A program made the translations under genes and the position numbers. From contig CAYLIB010000004.1 of the NCBI GenBank assembly GCA_964384035.1, forward strand, positions 5,340 to 69,339: a stretch of DNA of 64,000 bases. The letters are read 5' to 3'. Below the pieces are notes generated by a model that saw only the letters and a list, made by a program, of their open reading frames with translations, did not search any database and was not told the DNA's origin. This document shows, one piece after another, positions 19,958 through 29,186 of the stretch. Source of the stretch: an uncultured Candidatus Saccharibacteria bacterium (GTDB lineage: Bacteria > Patescibacteriota > Doudnabacteria > UBA920). How positions within the stretch are numbered: the first letter of the stretch is position 1; the number at the start of each line of letters is the position of its first letter.

Positions 19958-20806
19958 ATGACACGTCAGAGGCTTACTATTACTCTTAAGAACGATATAC
20001 TCAAATTGTTAGATGGGTATATTGATGGAGAAAAAATTAGAAATCGCAGTCATGCGGTTGAATTTTTATTATCTCAATCTTTAGTCCCTAAAGGGGTAAA
20101 AGTTTTAATTTTGGCTGGTGGAGAAGGGGTAAAATTTAGACCACTTACATATGAGTTACCTAAGGCAATGATTCCATTAGCTGGCAAACCTTTGTTAGAG
20201 CATACTATAGAAAGGTTAGTGAGGTCTGGGCTAACCGATATTATAGTTTCTATAGGGTATTTAGGTGAGAAAGTAAGAAATTATTTTGGAGATGGAACTA
20301 GATTTGGTGCGCATATAACTTATTTAGATCAGACCGGTCTTAAGAACGGAACCGCACAACCCTTAAGACAAGCGAGAAAATTGTTAGAAGGAAATAGTTT
20401 TTTACTTATTTACGGTGATGTTCTGGCAGATATTCATTATGCGGATTTAATAGAATTTCATAGAAGTGTTGCTGGTAGTCAGGTAACTATGGCGTTAACT
20501 TCTGTAGAAACTATTGCTCAGTGGGGAAGCGCACGTGTTGTGGGGAATAAAATTGTTGAATTTGTAGAGAAACCAAAAACTAAAAACGTAAGATCGCATT
20601 TGGTTAATGCAGGTATGTACGTAATAGAGCCAGCATTTTTCAATTTATTAGACGAAAAAGCAATAAGGTTGGAGAGCGATGTTTTGCCCAAACTTTCTGA
20701 GCAAGGCAAGCTCTCCGCGTACCCATTCGATGGGACTTGGTTCGATATTTCTACACCAGAAATTTACGAAAAAGCTTTAAAATTTTTGAAACAAATTAAC
20801 TCATAA
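19958..20806 (+). CDS. Ribbon-helix-helix domain fused to sugar-1-phosphate nucleotidyltransferase
   Basis: N-terminal RLTITLKNDILKLLD...NRSHAVE (CopG/RHH); LAGGEGVKFRPLTYELPKAMI; EKP; VNAGMY; WFDI. Confidence 0.88.
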   Translation: MTRQRLTITLKNDILKLLDGYIDGEKIRNRSHAVEFLLSQSLVPKGVKVLILAGGEGVKFRPLTYELPKAMIPLAGKPLLEHTIERLVRSGLTDIIVSIGYLGEKVRNYFGDGTRFGAHITYLDQTGLKNGTAQPLRQARKLLEGNSFLLIYGDVLADIHYADLIEFHRSVAGSQVTMALTSVETIAQWGSARVVGNKIVEFVEKPKTKNVRSHLVNAGMYVIEPAFFNLLDEKAIRLESDVLPKLSEQGKLSAYPFDGTWFDISTPEIYEKALKFLKQINS

Positions 20807-20810
20807 ATAT

Positions 20811-22070
20811 ATGGATTTGAGTAAATTAAAAAAACTCGAGGATTTTGATGTTGCGGGGAAAAAGGTACTTCTTAGAGTTGCCTTTGACTTTAGTTTGAAA
20901 GAGGTAGATGGAAATATTTTTTCCCCTGATCACTCGAGGATAAGATCGGTAATACCTACTATTGAGTTTTTACTAAGTAAGGGTTGTAGTATTGGTTTGT
21001 TAACTTGGTTAAAGAGACCACAGGGTCAGGTAAATGAAAAACTTAGGTTAAAGCCTGTAGCTATAAAACTTTCGGAAATTTTAAATAAACCGGTAGAGGC
21101 TTTAAGTGATTGTGTGGGCGAAGAAGTGGCTATGAGGGTTAATGCTTTGAAACCCGGTGAGATTTTAATGCTAGAAAATGTGAGATTTCATGCTGAGGAA
21201 GAAAAAGGCGATGAGCTCTTTGCAAAAGAGTTAACTAAAGGTTTTGATTGTATAGTTTTTGAAGCATTTGCCCAAGCGCATAGGAAAAGCGCTAGCGTGA
21301 TTGGAATATGTAAAAATTTACCTGTTTGTATTGGTTTTTTAATGGAGAAGGAATTATCTAACTTGTCTAAAATTACTGATGATCCTGAAAGACCTTTTGT
21401 AGTAGTAGCGGGTGGAGCTAAGATATCTGACAAAGTAGATTTATTAGAGTTATTTTTGAAGAAAGCAGATTGTATTTTGGTGGGTGGTGCATTAGCAAAT
21501 ACTTTCCTGAAAGCAAGTGGGGTAAAAGTGGCGAATTCTTTGGTAGATGATCCGTCGGTTGATGCTGAAAAAGCTAATGGGTTCGATTCGACTGTTGTGG
21601 CGAAGAGACTGCTTGAAGAAGGAAAAACCACATTGTCTTTGGGTGATACTCAGGTAGATAAAGTTCAAATTCCTGTAGATTTATTAGCAGCAAAATCTCC
21701 AGATGATAGGGAGATAGTAACGGTGAATGTGGACAGGGGTGAGGAAATACCTGACGGGTATAGTTTTTTGGATATAGGTCCTAGGACGGTGGATATGTAT
21801 AATAGGGCGCTTAAAGGAGCCAGGCTTATTTTTGCTAACGGTCCTATGGGTTATTTTGAAAAGGAAAATTTTCAGGCAGGTACAAAAAAAATAGCCATAG
21901 GTATTATTGAGTCTGGTGCAATGAGTATTTTGGGTGGGGGTGATACGGAGTCCATGATAGAAAAATTTGATTTGCAAGGAAAGTTTGGGCATGTGTCAAC
22001 CGGTGGGGGTGCAGCTTTGGAATTTTTAGTGGGCAAGGAATTTGAAGTATTGCGCTATTTAATGAAATAG
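20811..22070 (+). CDS. pgk: Phosphoglycerate kinase
   Basis: LENVRF, GGAKISDK, VGGALANTF, DIGP, GPMG, GGGDT, VSTGGGA. Confidence 0.95.
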   Translation: MDLSKLKKLEDFDVAGKKVLLRVAFDFSLKEVDGNIFSPDHSRIRSVIPTIEFLLSKGCSIGLLTWLKRPQGQVNEKLRLKPVAIKLSEILNKPVEALSDCVGEEVAMRVNALKPGEILMLENVRFHAEEEKGDELFAKELTKGFDCIVFEAFAQAHRKSASVIGICKNLPVCIGFLMEKELSNLSKITDDPERPFVVVAGGAKISDKVDLLELFLKKADCILVGGALANTFLKASGVKVANSLVDDPSVDAEKANGFDSTVVAKRLLEEGKTTLSLGDTQVDKVQIPVDLLAAKSPDDREIVTVNVDRGEEIPDGYSFLDIGPRTVDMYNRALKGARLIFANGPMGYFEKENFQAGTKKIAIGIIESGAMSILGGGDTESMIEKFDLQGKFGHVSTGGGAALEFLVGKEFEVLRYLMK

Positions 22071-22071
22071 C

Positions 22072-22155
22072 AAGAATAAAGAATAGAGAATGACGAATAA
22101 CGAATAGAAAGATTTTGAGACCATCCTTTATTCTTCATTCGTCATTCTCTATTCG
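22072..22155. repeat. Degenerate 7-bp tandem repeat (nnGAATr) with inverted copy
   Basis: aagaata aagaata gagaatg acgaata acgaata ... tattctt cattcgt cattctc tattcg. Confidence 0.7.
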
Positions 22156-22207
22156 AAGGGAAAAGAAAGATGATTTACATAATAAAATTAGCAAGATTAA
22201 GTGATAT

Positions 22208-23212
22208 ATGAATAAGTTACGTATAGCAATAAATGGATTTGGGAGAATAGGTAGAGTATTTTTTAGACAAGCATTTGAGAATCCTAATTTAGAGATTGTT
22301 TGTATACAGAGTAGGAGCGATATTTCTATGTATGCGCATCTGTTAAAGTATGATTCTGCTTTTGGTGTTTGGAGTAAAGAAGTAGGGGTTGATTCAGATG
22401 GTTTTGTTATAGATGGGAGAAGGATTCCTTTTATTCAGTCGACTGAACCAGAAGGGGATATTTGGCAAAAATATGATATAGATTTTGTTGTAGAAGCCAG
22501 TGGTAAACTAAAAAGTATCGATGAGGCGAGTAAGCATTTAGATGCTGGTGCAAGGCATGTTGTTCTTACTTCTCCTGGTTCACATGTAGATGGGACTTTT
22601 GTTTTTGGTATAAACCATGAGCAGTTTGAGTTAGGCAAGCATAAAGTCATTTCCGCTGCATCTTGCACCACAACTTGTACAGCTTTGGTGGTAAAGGTGC
22701 TTGAAGAAAGTTTTGGAGTTGAGAGCGGTTTTATAAATACCGTACATGCTTTTACCCAGGATCAGAATTTGCATGATGGAAGTCATAAAGATCTACGAAG
22801 AGCAAGAAGTGCAATGCAGTCAATTATTCCTACAAGTACCGGTGTTACTAAGGCTCTTGGTGAATTGTTTCCAGATCTTAAGGGTAAGTTTTCAGGAATA
22901 TCTTTTAGGGTACCAGTAATTGTGCCTTCTCTCATATCTGCTTCGTTTATTTTAAAGTCAAACCTCACAAAGGAAATTTTAAATGACGCTTTTATAAAAG
23001 CGAACGAGAGTAATCTTAAGAATTCCTTGGGTGTTACAAATTTACCACTTGTGTCAGTAGACTTAAAAGGTACGACTACAGGGGCTACTATTGATTTACT
23101 TTCAACGGAAATTGTAGATGGTAAAATGGCAAACATAGTTGCCTGGTATGATAACGAATGGGGTTACGTAGCTAACGTGATTAGGTTATTAGAATCTATT
23201 GTAAAGCAATAG
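22208..23212 (+). CDS. gap: Type I glyceraldehyde-3-phosphate dehydrogenase (divergent)
   Basis: AINGFGRIGR, ASCTT, DLRRARSA, IIPTSTG, RVP, WYDNEWGY. Confidence 0.92.
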   Translation: MNKLRIAINGFGRIGRVFFRQAFENPNLEIVCIQSRSDISMYAHLLKYDSAFGVWSKEVGVDSDGFVIDGRRIPFIQSTEPEGDIWQKYDIDFVVEASGKLKSIDEASKHLDAGARHVVLTSPGSHVDGTFVFGINHEQFELGKHKVISAASCTTTCTALVVKVLEESFGVESGFINTVHAFTQDQNLHDGSHKDLRRARSAMQSIIPTSTGVTKALGELFPDLKGKFSGISFRVPVIVPSLISASFILKSNLTKEILNDAFIKANESNLKNSLGVTNLPLVSVDLKGTTTGATIDLLSTEIVDGKMANIVAWYDNEWGYVANVIRLLESIVKQ

Positions 23213-23226
23213 ATTCTAGAAGATGG

Positions 23227-23511
23227 AATTGCATATTTTGGCGGCTTTTTTCCGATTTTCTGCGAGAAGCGAATCCTTTCAGTTCAGGACAGGCTGAGCC
23301 TGCTCCTCAACTGAAAGGATGCTCCCTCAGGCTTGCTACACCGGAGGGAGTAGTCTTTATTCCAGGACCGGCAAAGCCGGATCCTTGCATAAAGACTTCG
23401 CTGTTTCCCCCCGCGTACGCCCTGAGCAAGGACTGGCAAAGCCAGATCCTTTCAGGAGTCCCTCCGTTCACTTCTCGAAAATCGAAAAAAATCCACTCAA
23501 AATCTGCAATT
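23227..23511. repeat. Large multi-hairpin palindromic element (REPIN/MITE-like)
   Basis: Imperfect ~45-bp terminal IR; internal hairpins CAGGCTGAGCCTG and two CYGGCAAAGCCRGAT. Confidence 0.75.
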
Positions 23512-23552
23512 GAACTTGATTGAGTTAGTTTCTAAACACAAAAGGAGGTTGT

Positions 23553-23729
23553 ATGAATTTTACAGATAGCGAAAATATTCGGAGTGGGGATAGAAAGCCG
23601 AATCGGGTTTTGGTTTTGCGCGTACCTGGTGAGGATCCAAAACGCTTTTTGGTTGTCGCTTCTTCCAGGCGCGGGAAAAAACTTATTACCAAGGATCAGC
23701 AAGGAAAAATTCACAAGTTCGTGAATTAA
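23553..23729 (+). CDS. 58-aa basic small protein (SD-led, missed by ORF track)
   Basis: AAAGGAGGT-tgt-ATG; MNFTDSENIRSGDRKPNRVLVLRVPGEDPKRFLVVASSRRGKKLITKDQQGKIHKFVN*. Confidence 0.65.
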   Translation: MNFTDSENIRSGDRKPNRVLVLRVPGEDPKRFLVVASSRRGKKLITKDQQGKIHKFVN

Positions 23730-23740
23730 CGGAGTTATAA

Positions 23741-23851
23741 ATGAAATTTAGTACCGAACAAACTGATAAAAGTGCAGGAGAAGTACTCCTGGAATTGCTT
23801 ATTGCTGAAGGGGTTGTAAATCCACCCATAGAAGAAAATGACCCAGAATAA
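23741..23851 (+). CDS. 36-aa acidic small protein (SD-led, missed by ORF track)
   Basis: cGGAGttataa-ATG; MKFSTEQTDKSAGEVLLELLIAEGVVNPPIEENDPE*; stop sits inside terminator acccagaat-a-attctgggtattttt. Confidence 0.5.
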   Translation: MKFSTEQTDKSAGEVLLELLIAEGVVNPPIEENDPE

Positions 23852-23864
23852 TTCTGGGTATTTT

Positions 23865-24605
23865 TTATAAACTTAACTTCGAGACAATTTGGCCGCCAGC
23901 GAGAATGGAAGTATTTTTTTGGATAACTGTACCACCTGCTTCTTTAACTATAAGTAAACCTGCTGCTACATCCCACAAATTTGCTTTATGAATAATACAT
24001 GCATCTAGTTGACCTTGGCTTACCCTAGTTAGGTCTGTGGCTATGGAGCCAAAAGTGCGGAATTTTATTTTTTCTTCTGCGAAATATTTTATAGTTTTTT
24101 GGTAGTCTCGATATCCTTCTGGGTTTCGAATAAGTCCTAGACCAATGAGGCTATTGCTAAGATTGTTTGTCGTGCTCACGTTAATAGCTTTTCCGTTACA
24201 AAATGCACCTCTGTCTTTTTCTGCCCAGATTATTTTTTCTTCTAGTGGTAGGGCAATACATCCGACTATGGTTTCTTCTTTATGAGTTAGGGCAATAGAA
24301 ATGGAAAAATATGGAATTCCATGCGAAAAGTTACTAGTGCCATCTATTGGGTCTATTATCCATCTATATTCAGATCCATTGTTTTGTTTTAGATTTTCTT
24401 CTCCTAAAAGGTCGTGGTGGGGGAATTTTTCTGAAATTACGTTTGAGATCTTCTTTTGAGAAAGAAGGTCATACTTGGTTACCCAATCAGCACTGATATT
24501 TGTATTTTTATTTGAGGTGGTAATTTTTTTTGTAAATGCGGTTCTTAATAACACCGATGATTCTTTTGCTGCAATTAAAGCTGTTTGAAGGAAAATTGAT
24601 TTCAT
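23865..24605 (-). CDS. suhB: Inositol monophosphatase family protein
   Basis: LGEE, WIIDPIDGTSNF, RTFGS, WDVAAG. Confidence 0.92.
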   Translation of the reverse strand: MKSIFLQTALIAAKESSVLLRTAFTKKITTSNKNTNISADWVTKYDLLSQKKISNVISEKFPHHDLLGEENLKQNNGSEYRWIIDPIDGTSNFSHGIPYFSISIALTHKEETIVGCIALPLEEKIIWAEKDRGAFCNGKAINVSTTNNLSNSLIGLGLIRNPEGYRDYQKTIKYFAEEKIKFRTFGSIATDLTRVSQGQLDACIIHKANLWDVAAGLLIVKEAGGTVIQKNTSILAGGQIVSKLSL

Positions 24606-24667
24606 ATTTTAAGTATACCTGCGAACAGGTATTTTTGGAATTTATTGTCTGGTGGTAAAATTTTATT

Positions 24668-25213
24668 ATGTTAACTTTAATAGTTTTGTTTATTCTACTG
24701 ATTTACTCAATAGGATTACTTTTTGTAATAGGTAGTGCCTTTTGGGCTTTTGTTGTTACAAAAGTACCTTTTGTTCCGACACCTAGTAGAGACATTAAAC
24801 AATTAGTTGAGTATTTAAAGTTATCTCAAAAAGATAGAGTTTTGGATATAGGTAGCGGAAATGGGAGAGTGGTGTTTTTATTTGAAGAACTGGGGTGTGT
24901 TAAGGTAAGAGGCATAGAGGCTGGTAGATGGACCCATTATACAGCGCTTATAAACAAATATTTGAAAAAGTCACAAGCAGAATTTATAAGGGGTAACTTT
25001 TTTAAATCGGACTGGTCGGATGTAACTGTGTTATATTGTTATTTGTACCCACCATTAATGAAACGTGTAGGAGAGAAAGCGGGAGAGGAAATGAAACAAG
25101 GAGCAAGAGTGGTAAGTAGGGATTTTCCTATACCTAATTTAAAATTAGTAGAAACTTTAAAGATGGATCACAAGCATGAGTTTTATGTTTATAGGATATT
25201 GAATGACGAATAA
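24668..25213 (+). CDS. Membrane-anchored class I SAM methyltransferase
   Basis: VPFVPT, LDIGSGNGRV, YCYLYP, VVSRDF. Confidence 0.88.
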   Translation: MLTLIVLFILLIYSIGLLFVIGSAFWAFVVTKVPFVPTPSRDIKQLVEYLKLSQKDRVLDIGSGNGRVVFLFEELGCVKVRGIEAGRWTHYTALINKYLKKSQAEFIRGNFFKSDWSDVTVLYCYLYPPLMKRVGEKAGEEMKQGARVVSRDFPIPNLKLVETLKMDHKHEFYVYRILNDE

Positions 25214-25262
25214 CGAATGAAGAATAGAGGATTTCGAATAGAGAATAGTGAATGATGAATGA
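25199..25262 (+). repeat. Second array of nnGAATr heptamers
   Basis: ttgaatg acgaata acgaatg aagaata ... tcgaata gagaata gtgaatg atgaatg. Confidence 0.65.
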
Positions 25263-25280
25263 TAAACTTATGATAAATTT

Positions 25281-26537
25281 ATGAAGATATTTGCTGACTT
25301 TCATATACACTCTAGATATTCGCGGGCGTGTAGTAAGGATCTAACACCGGCGAATTTAAGTTTGTGGGCGAAGAAGAAGGGTATTCAGGTTTTGGGTACA
25401 GGAGATTTTACGCATCCAAAATGGGTTAATGAATTAGAAGAATCCTTCGAGGAGTCTTTACCAGGGCTTTATTGCCTGAGAGGTGAAAAGACTGGTCCCT
25501 ATTTTTTATTTACAGCGGAAGTGGCCTCTATTTATAAACAGGGGGATAAAACTAGGCGGGTGCATAATTTGCTTTTTGCGCCTTCTCTTGAGGCGGTGAA
25601 GAAGGTTAATAATGCCTTGGAAAAGAGAGGAGCGAATTTGAAGTCGGATGGTCGGCCTATTTTTAAAATTACATGTGAGGAGTTAATGAAGTTGTGTAAG
25701 GACGCGGATAGTAGAATGGAAATAATTCCTGCTCATGCTTGGACACCGCATTTTGGAATTTTTGGTTCAATGTCAGGATTTAATTCTATCGGGGAAGCTT
25801 TTGGTGATTATGCTAAATATGTTTTTGCTATTGAGACAGGGTTGTCTAGTGATCCCAAAATGAATTGGCAAGTGGGGCAATTAAATAATATTGCTTTAAT
25901 TTCAAATTCAGATGCGCATAGTCTTAGAAAACTTGGGAGAGAAGCGAATGTTTTTGAGATTGCTGAAAATGAATTAAGTTTTGATAAAATTATTAAAGTA
26001 ATCAAAAACAACAATCCTAAAGATTTTTTAAATACAATAGAATTTTTCCCTGAGGAGGGGAAGTATCACTTAGATGGTCACGCTGACTGCAAATTTAGTT
26101 GTTTACCAAGAGAGACGAAAAAAATGGGAGATGTGTGTCCCAAGTGCGGTAAAAAATTGCTTAAGGGTGTTTTGAATAGAGTAGAGATGCTTTCGGATAG
26201 AGTAGTTGAAAAGGGTAGAATACCTTATAAATCTATTATTCCTCTAGAAGAAGTTATAGCTGAAAGTATGGGTGTGGGGGTTAATAGTAAAAAGGTGGTT
26301 GAGGCTTATGAGAAAATGGTTAGTATGTATTCTGAGTTTAATATTTTGCTAGATTTAGAGCGGACGGAATTGGAAGCAATATCAAACCAGGTAATAACAG
26401 AGAGTGTTTTAAGAGTTAGGGAGGGGAGGGTGAGTATTGAACCGGGTTATGATGGCATATTCGGAAAAATAGAAATATATACGAATACTGAAAGAGAAAA
26501 AATTTTAAAAAAACCAAAACAAATTGAATTGTTTTAA
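25281..26537 (+). CDS. Endonuclease Q family (PHP domain plus Zn finger)
   Basis: ADFHIHSRYSRACS, GTGDFTHP, PAHAWTP, ETGLSSD, SNSDAHS, GKYHLDGH, CPKCGK, PGYDG. Confidence 0.92.
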   Translation: MKIFADFHIHSRYSRACSKDLTPANLSLWAKKKGIQVLGTGDFTHPKWVNELEESFEESLPGLYCLRGEKTGPYFLFTAEVASIYKQGDKTRRVHNLLFAPSLEAVKKVNNALEKRGANLKSDGRPIFKITCEELMKLCKDADSRMEIIPAHAWTPHFGIFGSMSGFNSIGEAFGDYAKYVFAIETGLSSDPKMNWQVGQLNNIALISNSDAHSLRKLGREANVFEIAENELSFDKIIKVIKNNNPKDFLNTIEFFPEEGKYHLDGHADCKFSCLPRETKKMGDVCPKCGKKLLKGVLNRVEMLSDRVVEKGRIPYKSIIPLEEVIAESMGVGVNSKKVVEAYEKMVSMYSEFNILLDLERTELEAISNQVITESVLRVREGRVSIEPGYDGIFGKIEIYTNTEREKILKKPKQIELF

Positions 26538-26670
26538 TTTTTATAAATCCCCATAAAAATGCGGATTTATTAATTATACTCTTGACGGATGTTAATAAAA
26601 GTATACCATTTTAGTTTGTTAGAAGCTCACTCAGCATAGGGCCGAGTGTAAAACACGCAACGGAGGATAT

Positions 26671-26856
26671 ATGACAGAAGAAGATGAAATAATTGACCGC
26701 CGCCAGGAAGCCTCCAGCGACGAAGTTACTGAATTGGGGCCAGAGACCCCTCCGAAGGGGAAAGATATTATGGCGCATCTCACACAGGTGGCTAATAATT
26801 CTGCGGCTATGAAAGCCGCAAGTACTTACCCTGTGCCGGGTTCATTAAATGCATAA
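26671..26856 (+). CDS. Small hypothetical protein (SD-led)
   Basis: cGGAGGatat-ATG; TTGACG promoter at 26582; terminator agaggaaagcctctttttt. Confidence 0.6.
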   Translation: MTEEDEIIDRRQEASSDEVTELGPETPPKGKDIMAHLTQVANNSAAMKAASTYPVPGSLNA

Positions 26857-26921
26857 CTAGAGGAAAGCCTCTTTTTTTAATATCTGAAAATTGTTATAGT
26901 TTTTGTCGAAAGGATGGAAAT

Positions 26922-27284
26922 ATGAGAACTAATTTTATTAGGCCCCGAGTTGAATTTGTCGAAAATGGTGGTACAGTTATGCGTATGGTTGGGTATATTA
27001 CGATTCAGAATTTATCACAGGAAATACTATTTAGAGTCAGGGAACAACCTGAAATTATAGTACCTGAGGGGGATCTGGATTTTGAGGATCTTTACGCAGA
27101 TGATGCTTTGGTCAGGATTTTATTTCCTTGTATGAACTTATTCGACTTTCGGGCATTCTTTTTAGAGTACCCTAGGATCTCTTATTTGTACCAAATTGAT
27201 TCTGGGTTGTTGAAGTTGAAGGTTGGGGGTAGGTGTTATGAGCTGAATGTTGAAAGCGGTCAGTGTTTTCCTGTCGAGTCTTAA
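26922..27284 (+). CDS. Hypothetical protein (SD-led)
   Basis: Extended -10 TGtTATAGT; aAGGATGGaaat-ATG; hairpin plus T-tract after stop. Confidence 0.65.
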   Translation: MRTNFIRPRVEFVENGGTVMRMVGYITIQNLSQEILFRVREQPEIIVPEGDLDFEDLYADDALVRILFPCMNLFDFRAFFLEYPRISYLYQIDSGLLKLKVGGRCYELNVESGQCFPVES

Positions 27285-27326
27285 GCAGGGCTTTTTTTAT
27301 TATTTTTTTTGTCATTATGCTAGAAT

Positions 27327-28721
27327 ATGCCTATGAAATCTACGAAAATTGTTTGTACTATAGGACCTTCTAGTGAAAAAATTGAAGTTTTAAGAGAGAT
27401 GGTAAAAGCAGGTATGAATGTGGCGAGGTTAAATTTTAGCCATGGTACCTATGAAAACCACGCTTTGTTAATGCAGAATATTCGAACTGTTTCTAAGGAG
27501 TTAGATGTACCCATAGCTATTATTCAGGACTTACAAGGACCGAAAATTCGGGTTGACTCGAAAACTGAGTTGTTTTCTATAACTGAGGGACAAGAAGTGG
27601 TAATAGGAAGAGACTTTGGTTTGGATTTTCCAATTCATGAGTCAGTTAAATCTGGGGAGAGAATACTAATACAGGATGGGTTAATTCAACTTAAGATAAA
27701 GCAAATAGAAGGTGAGTTAATTTTCTGTGAAGCGGTGAATTCGGGTGTAGTTAGAAAACATAAGGGTATAAATTTACCTGATAGTGATATTAAATTTCCG
27801 ATTCTTACTGAAAAAGACAAGAGAGACTTGGTTTTTGGATTAGGGGCAGATGTGGATTATGTCGCTGTCTCTTTTGTGAGAAATAAACAGGATGTCTTGC
27901 AAATAAAAGAATTAATAGCAACTCAAAGTTCTGCTAATTCAGAGCTTCCTTTGGTAATAGCAAAAATTGAAAGACCTGAGGCGATAAAAAACATTGATGA
28001 AATTATTTCTGTTGCGGACGCTATAATGGTAGCAAGAGGAGATATGGGGGTAGAGTTACCTGTAGAACAAGTCCCGGTTATTCAAAAGGATATAATAGAA
28101 AAATGTTTAAAACACGCTAAACCGGTTATTGTAGCAACTCAGATGCTTGAATCTATGATTTCTAATCCGAGACCAACGAGGGCTGAGGTGAGTGATGTAG
28201 CGAATGCGGTAATAGATCATACTGATGCGGTTATGCTTTCTGAGGAGAGTGCATTTGGCAATTTTCCTATTCCAGCAGTTACAGAGATGGCAAAGATTAT
28301 CGAAACTATCGAGTCTTCAAGATATGTTGGGCCTGGATATGTTTTTGAAGGAGCTGAAGAAGATAAAAATGTTGCTACAGTTGCGTATTCAGCAGGGGAA
28401 TTGGTAAAGGGGAGTGAGGCTAAGGCGATTATAGGTTTAACTCAGAGTGGATTAACGGCTAGAATGCTTGCGCATATGAGACCCAGTGTGCCAATTTTTA
28501 TGCTTACTGATAAACCCAAAGTTCATAGACAATTATGTTTGCTTCGAGGGGTATATCCGGTTTTGGTACCGAGTTATGAATCTGTGATGGAGCTTTTAGA
28601 TAAAGCGGTAGATGAAGTTAAGGCTAGGGGGTTGGTTAAGACAGGTGACTCGGTAGTACTTGTTACGGGGAGACCTTTAGGTGGAAAGGCTAATTTATTG
28701 GAATCGATTATTATTAATTAA
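27327..28721 (+). CDS. pyk: Pyruvate kinase
   Basis: TKIVCTIGP, ARLNFSHG, DLQGPKIR, AKIE, MVARGDMG, ATQMLESM, PTRAEVSDVANA. Confidence 0.97.
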   Translation: MPMKSTKIVCTIGPSSEKIEVLREMVKAGMNVARLNFSHGTYENHALLMQNIRTVSKELDVPIAIIQDLQGPKIRVDSKTELFSITEGQEVVIGRDFGLDFPIHESVKSGERILIQDGLIQLKIKQIEGELIFCEAVNSGVVRKHKGINLPDSDIKFPILTEKDKRDLVFGLGADVDYVAVSFVRNKQDVLQIKELIATQSSANSELPLVIAKIERPEAIKNIDEIISVADAIMVARGDMGVELPVEQVPVIQKDIIEKCLKHAKPVIVATQMLESMISNPRPTRAEVSDVANAVIDHTDAVMLSEESAFGNFPIPAVTEMAKIIETIESSRYVGPGYVFEGAEEDKNVATVAYSAGELVKGSEAKAIIGLTQSGLTARMLAHMRPSVPIFMLTDKPKVHRQLCLLRGVYPVLVPSYESVMELLDKAVDEVKARGLVKTGDSVVLVTGRPLGGKANLLESIIIN

Positions 28722-28728
28722 TTTAGTT

Positions 28729-28835
28729 ATACTATTTCAGAAAATATTTTCTCCTCACTAGGTCCTCCTACGCCTCTGGATGCACAGATGCTGGGTCCGG
28801 ATATCGTTCGAAGCAAATATTTTCTGAAATAGTAT
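28729..28835. repeat. Palindromic MITE/REP-like element
   Basis: 21-bp perfect terminal IR atactatttcagaaaatattt (28729-28749 / 28815-28835). Confidence 0.75.
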
Positions 28836-28857
28836 GCTATGTCATTAGGAAAATAAT

Positions 28858-29160
28858 ATGCACGGGTTTATAAAATTTGTCCGGGAGCAGGGGGTGGTGG
28901 GGCTTGCGGTTGGTTTTATTTTAGGAGGTGCAGTGTCTAAGGTAGTAAGTGCTTTTGTTGAAGACATAGTTCAACCAATTTTGGGTTTACTGTTAGGTTC
29001 GGCCAAGGGTCTTACTTCTGTAACTTTGGGTTTTGGTAAGACACACTTGCTCGTGGGAAATTTTATTTCGGTAGTTATCGATTTTCTAATAGTTGCTGCG
29101 GTTGTTTATTGGTTATTTACTTGGTTTAAGTTGGATAAATTGGATTCAAAAAAAGAATAA
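28858..29160 (+). CDS. mscL: Large-conductance mechanosensitive channel family protein
   Basis: FIKFVREQGVVGLAVGFILGGAVSKVVSAFVEDIVQP; GNFISVVIDFLIVA. Confidence 0.9.
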   Translation: MHGFIKFVREQGVVGLAVGFILGGAVSKVVSAFVEDIVQPILGLLLGSAKGLTSVTLGFGKTHLLVGNFISVVIDFLIVAAVVYWLFTWFKLDKLDSKKE

Positions 29161-29186
29161 AAAATGGACCCAAATGGGTCTATTTT

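Noticed and set aside
23319-23714. Track ORFs 23319-23513(+) and 23532-23714(-)
   Set aside because: The first lies inside a palindrome; the second is antisense to the better-supported SD-led ORF at 23553.
22072-25262. CRISPR array
   Set aside because: Units are degenerate 7-mers without spacers; no cas genes.
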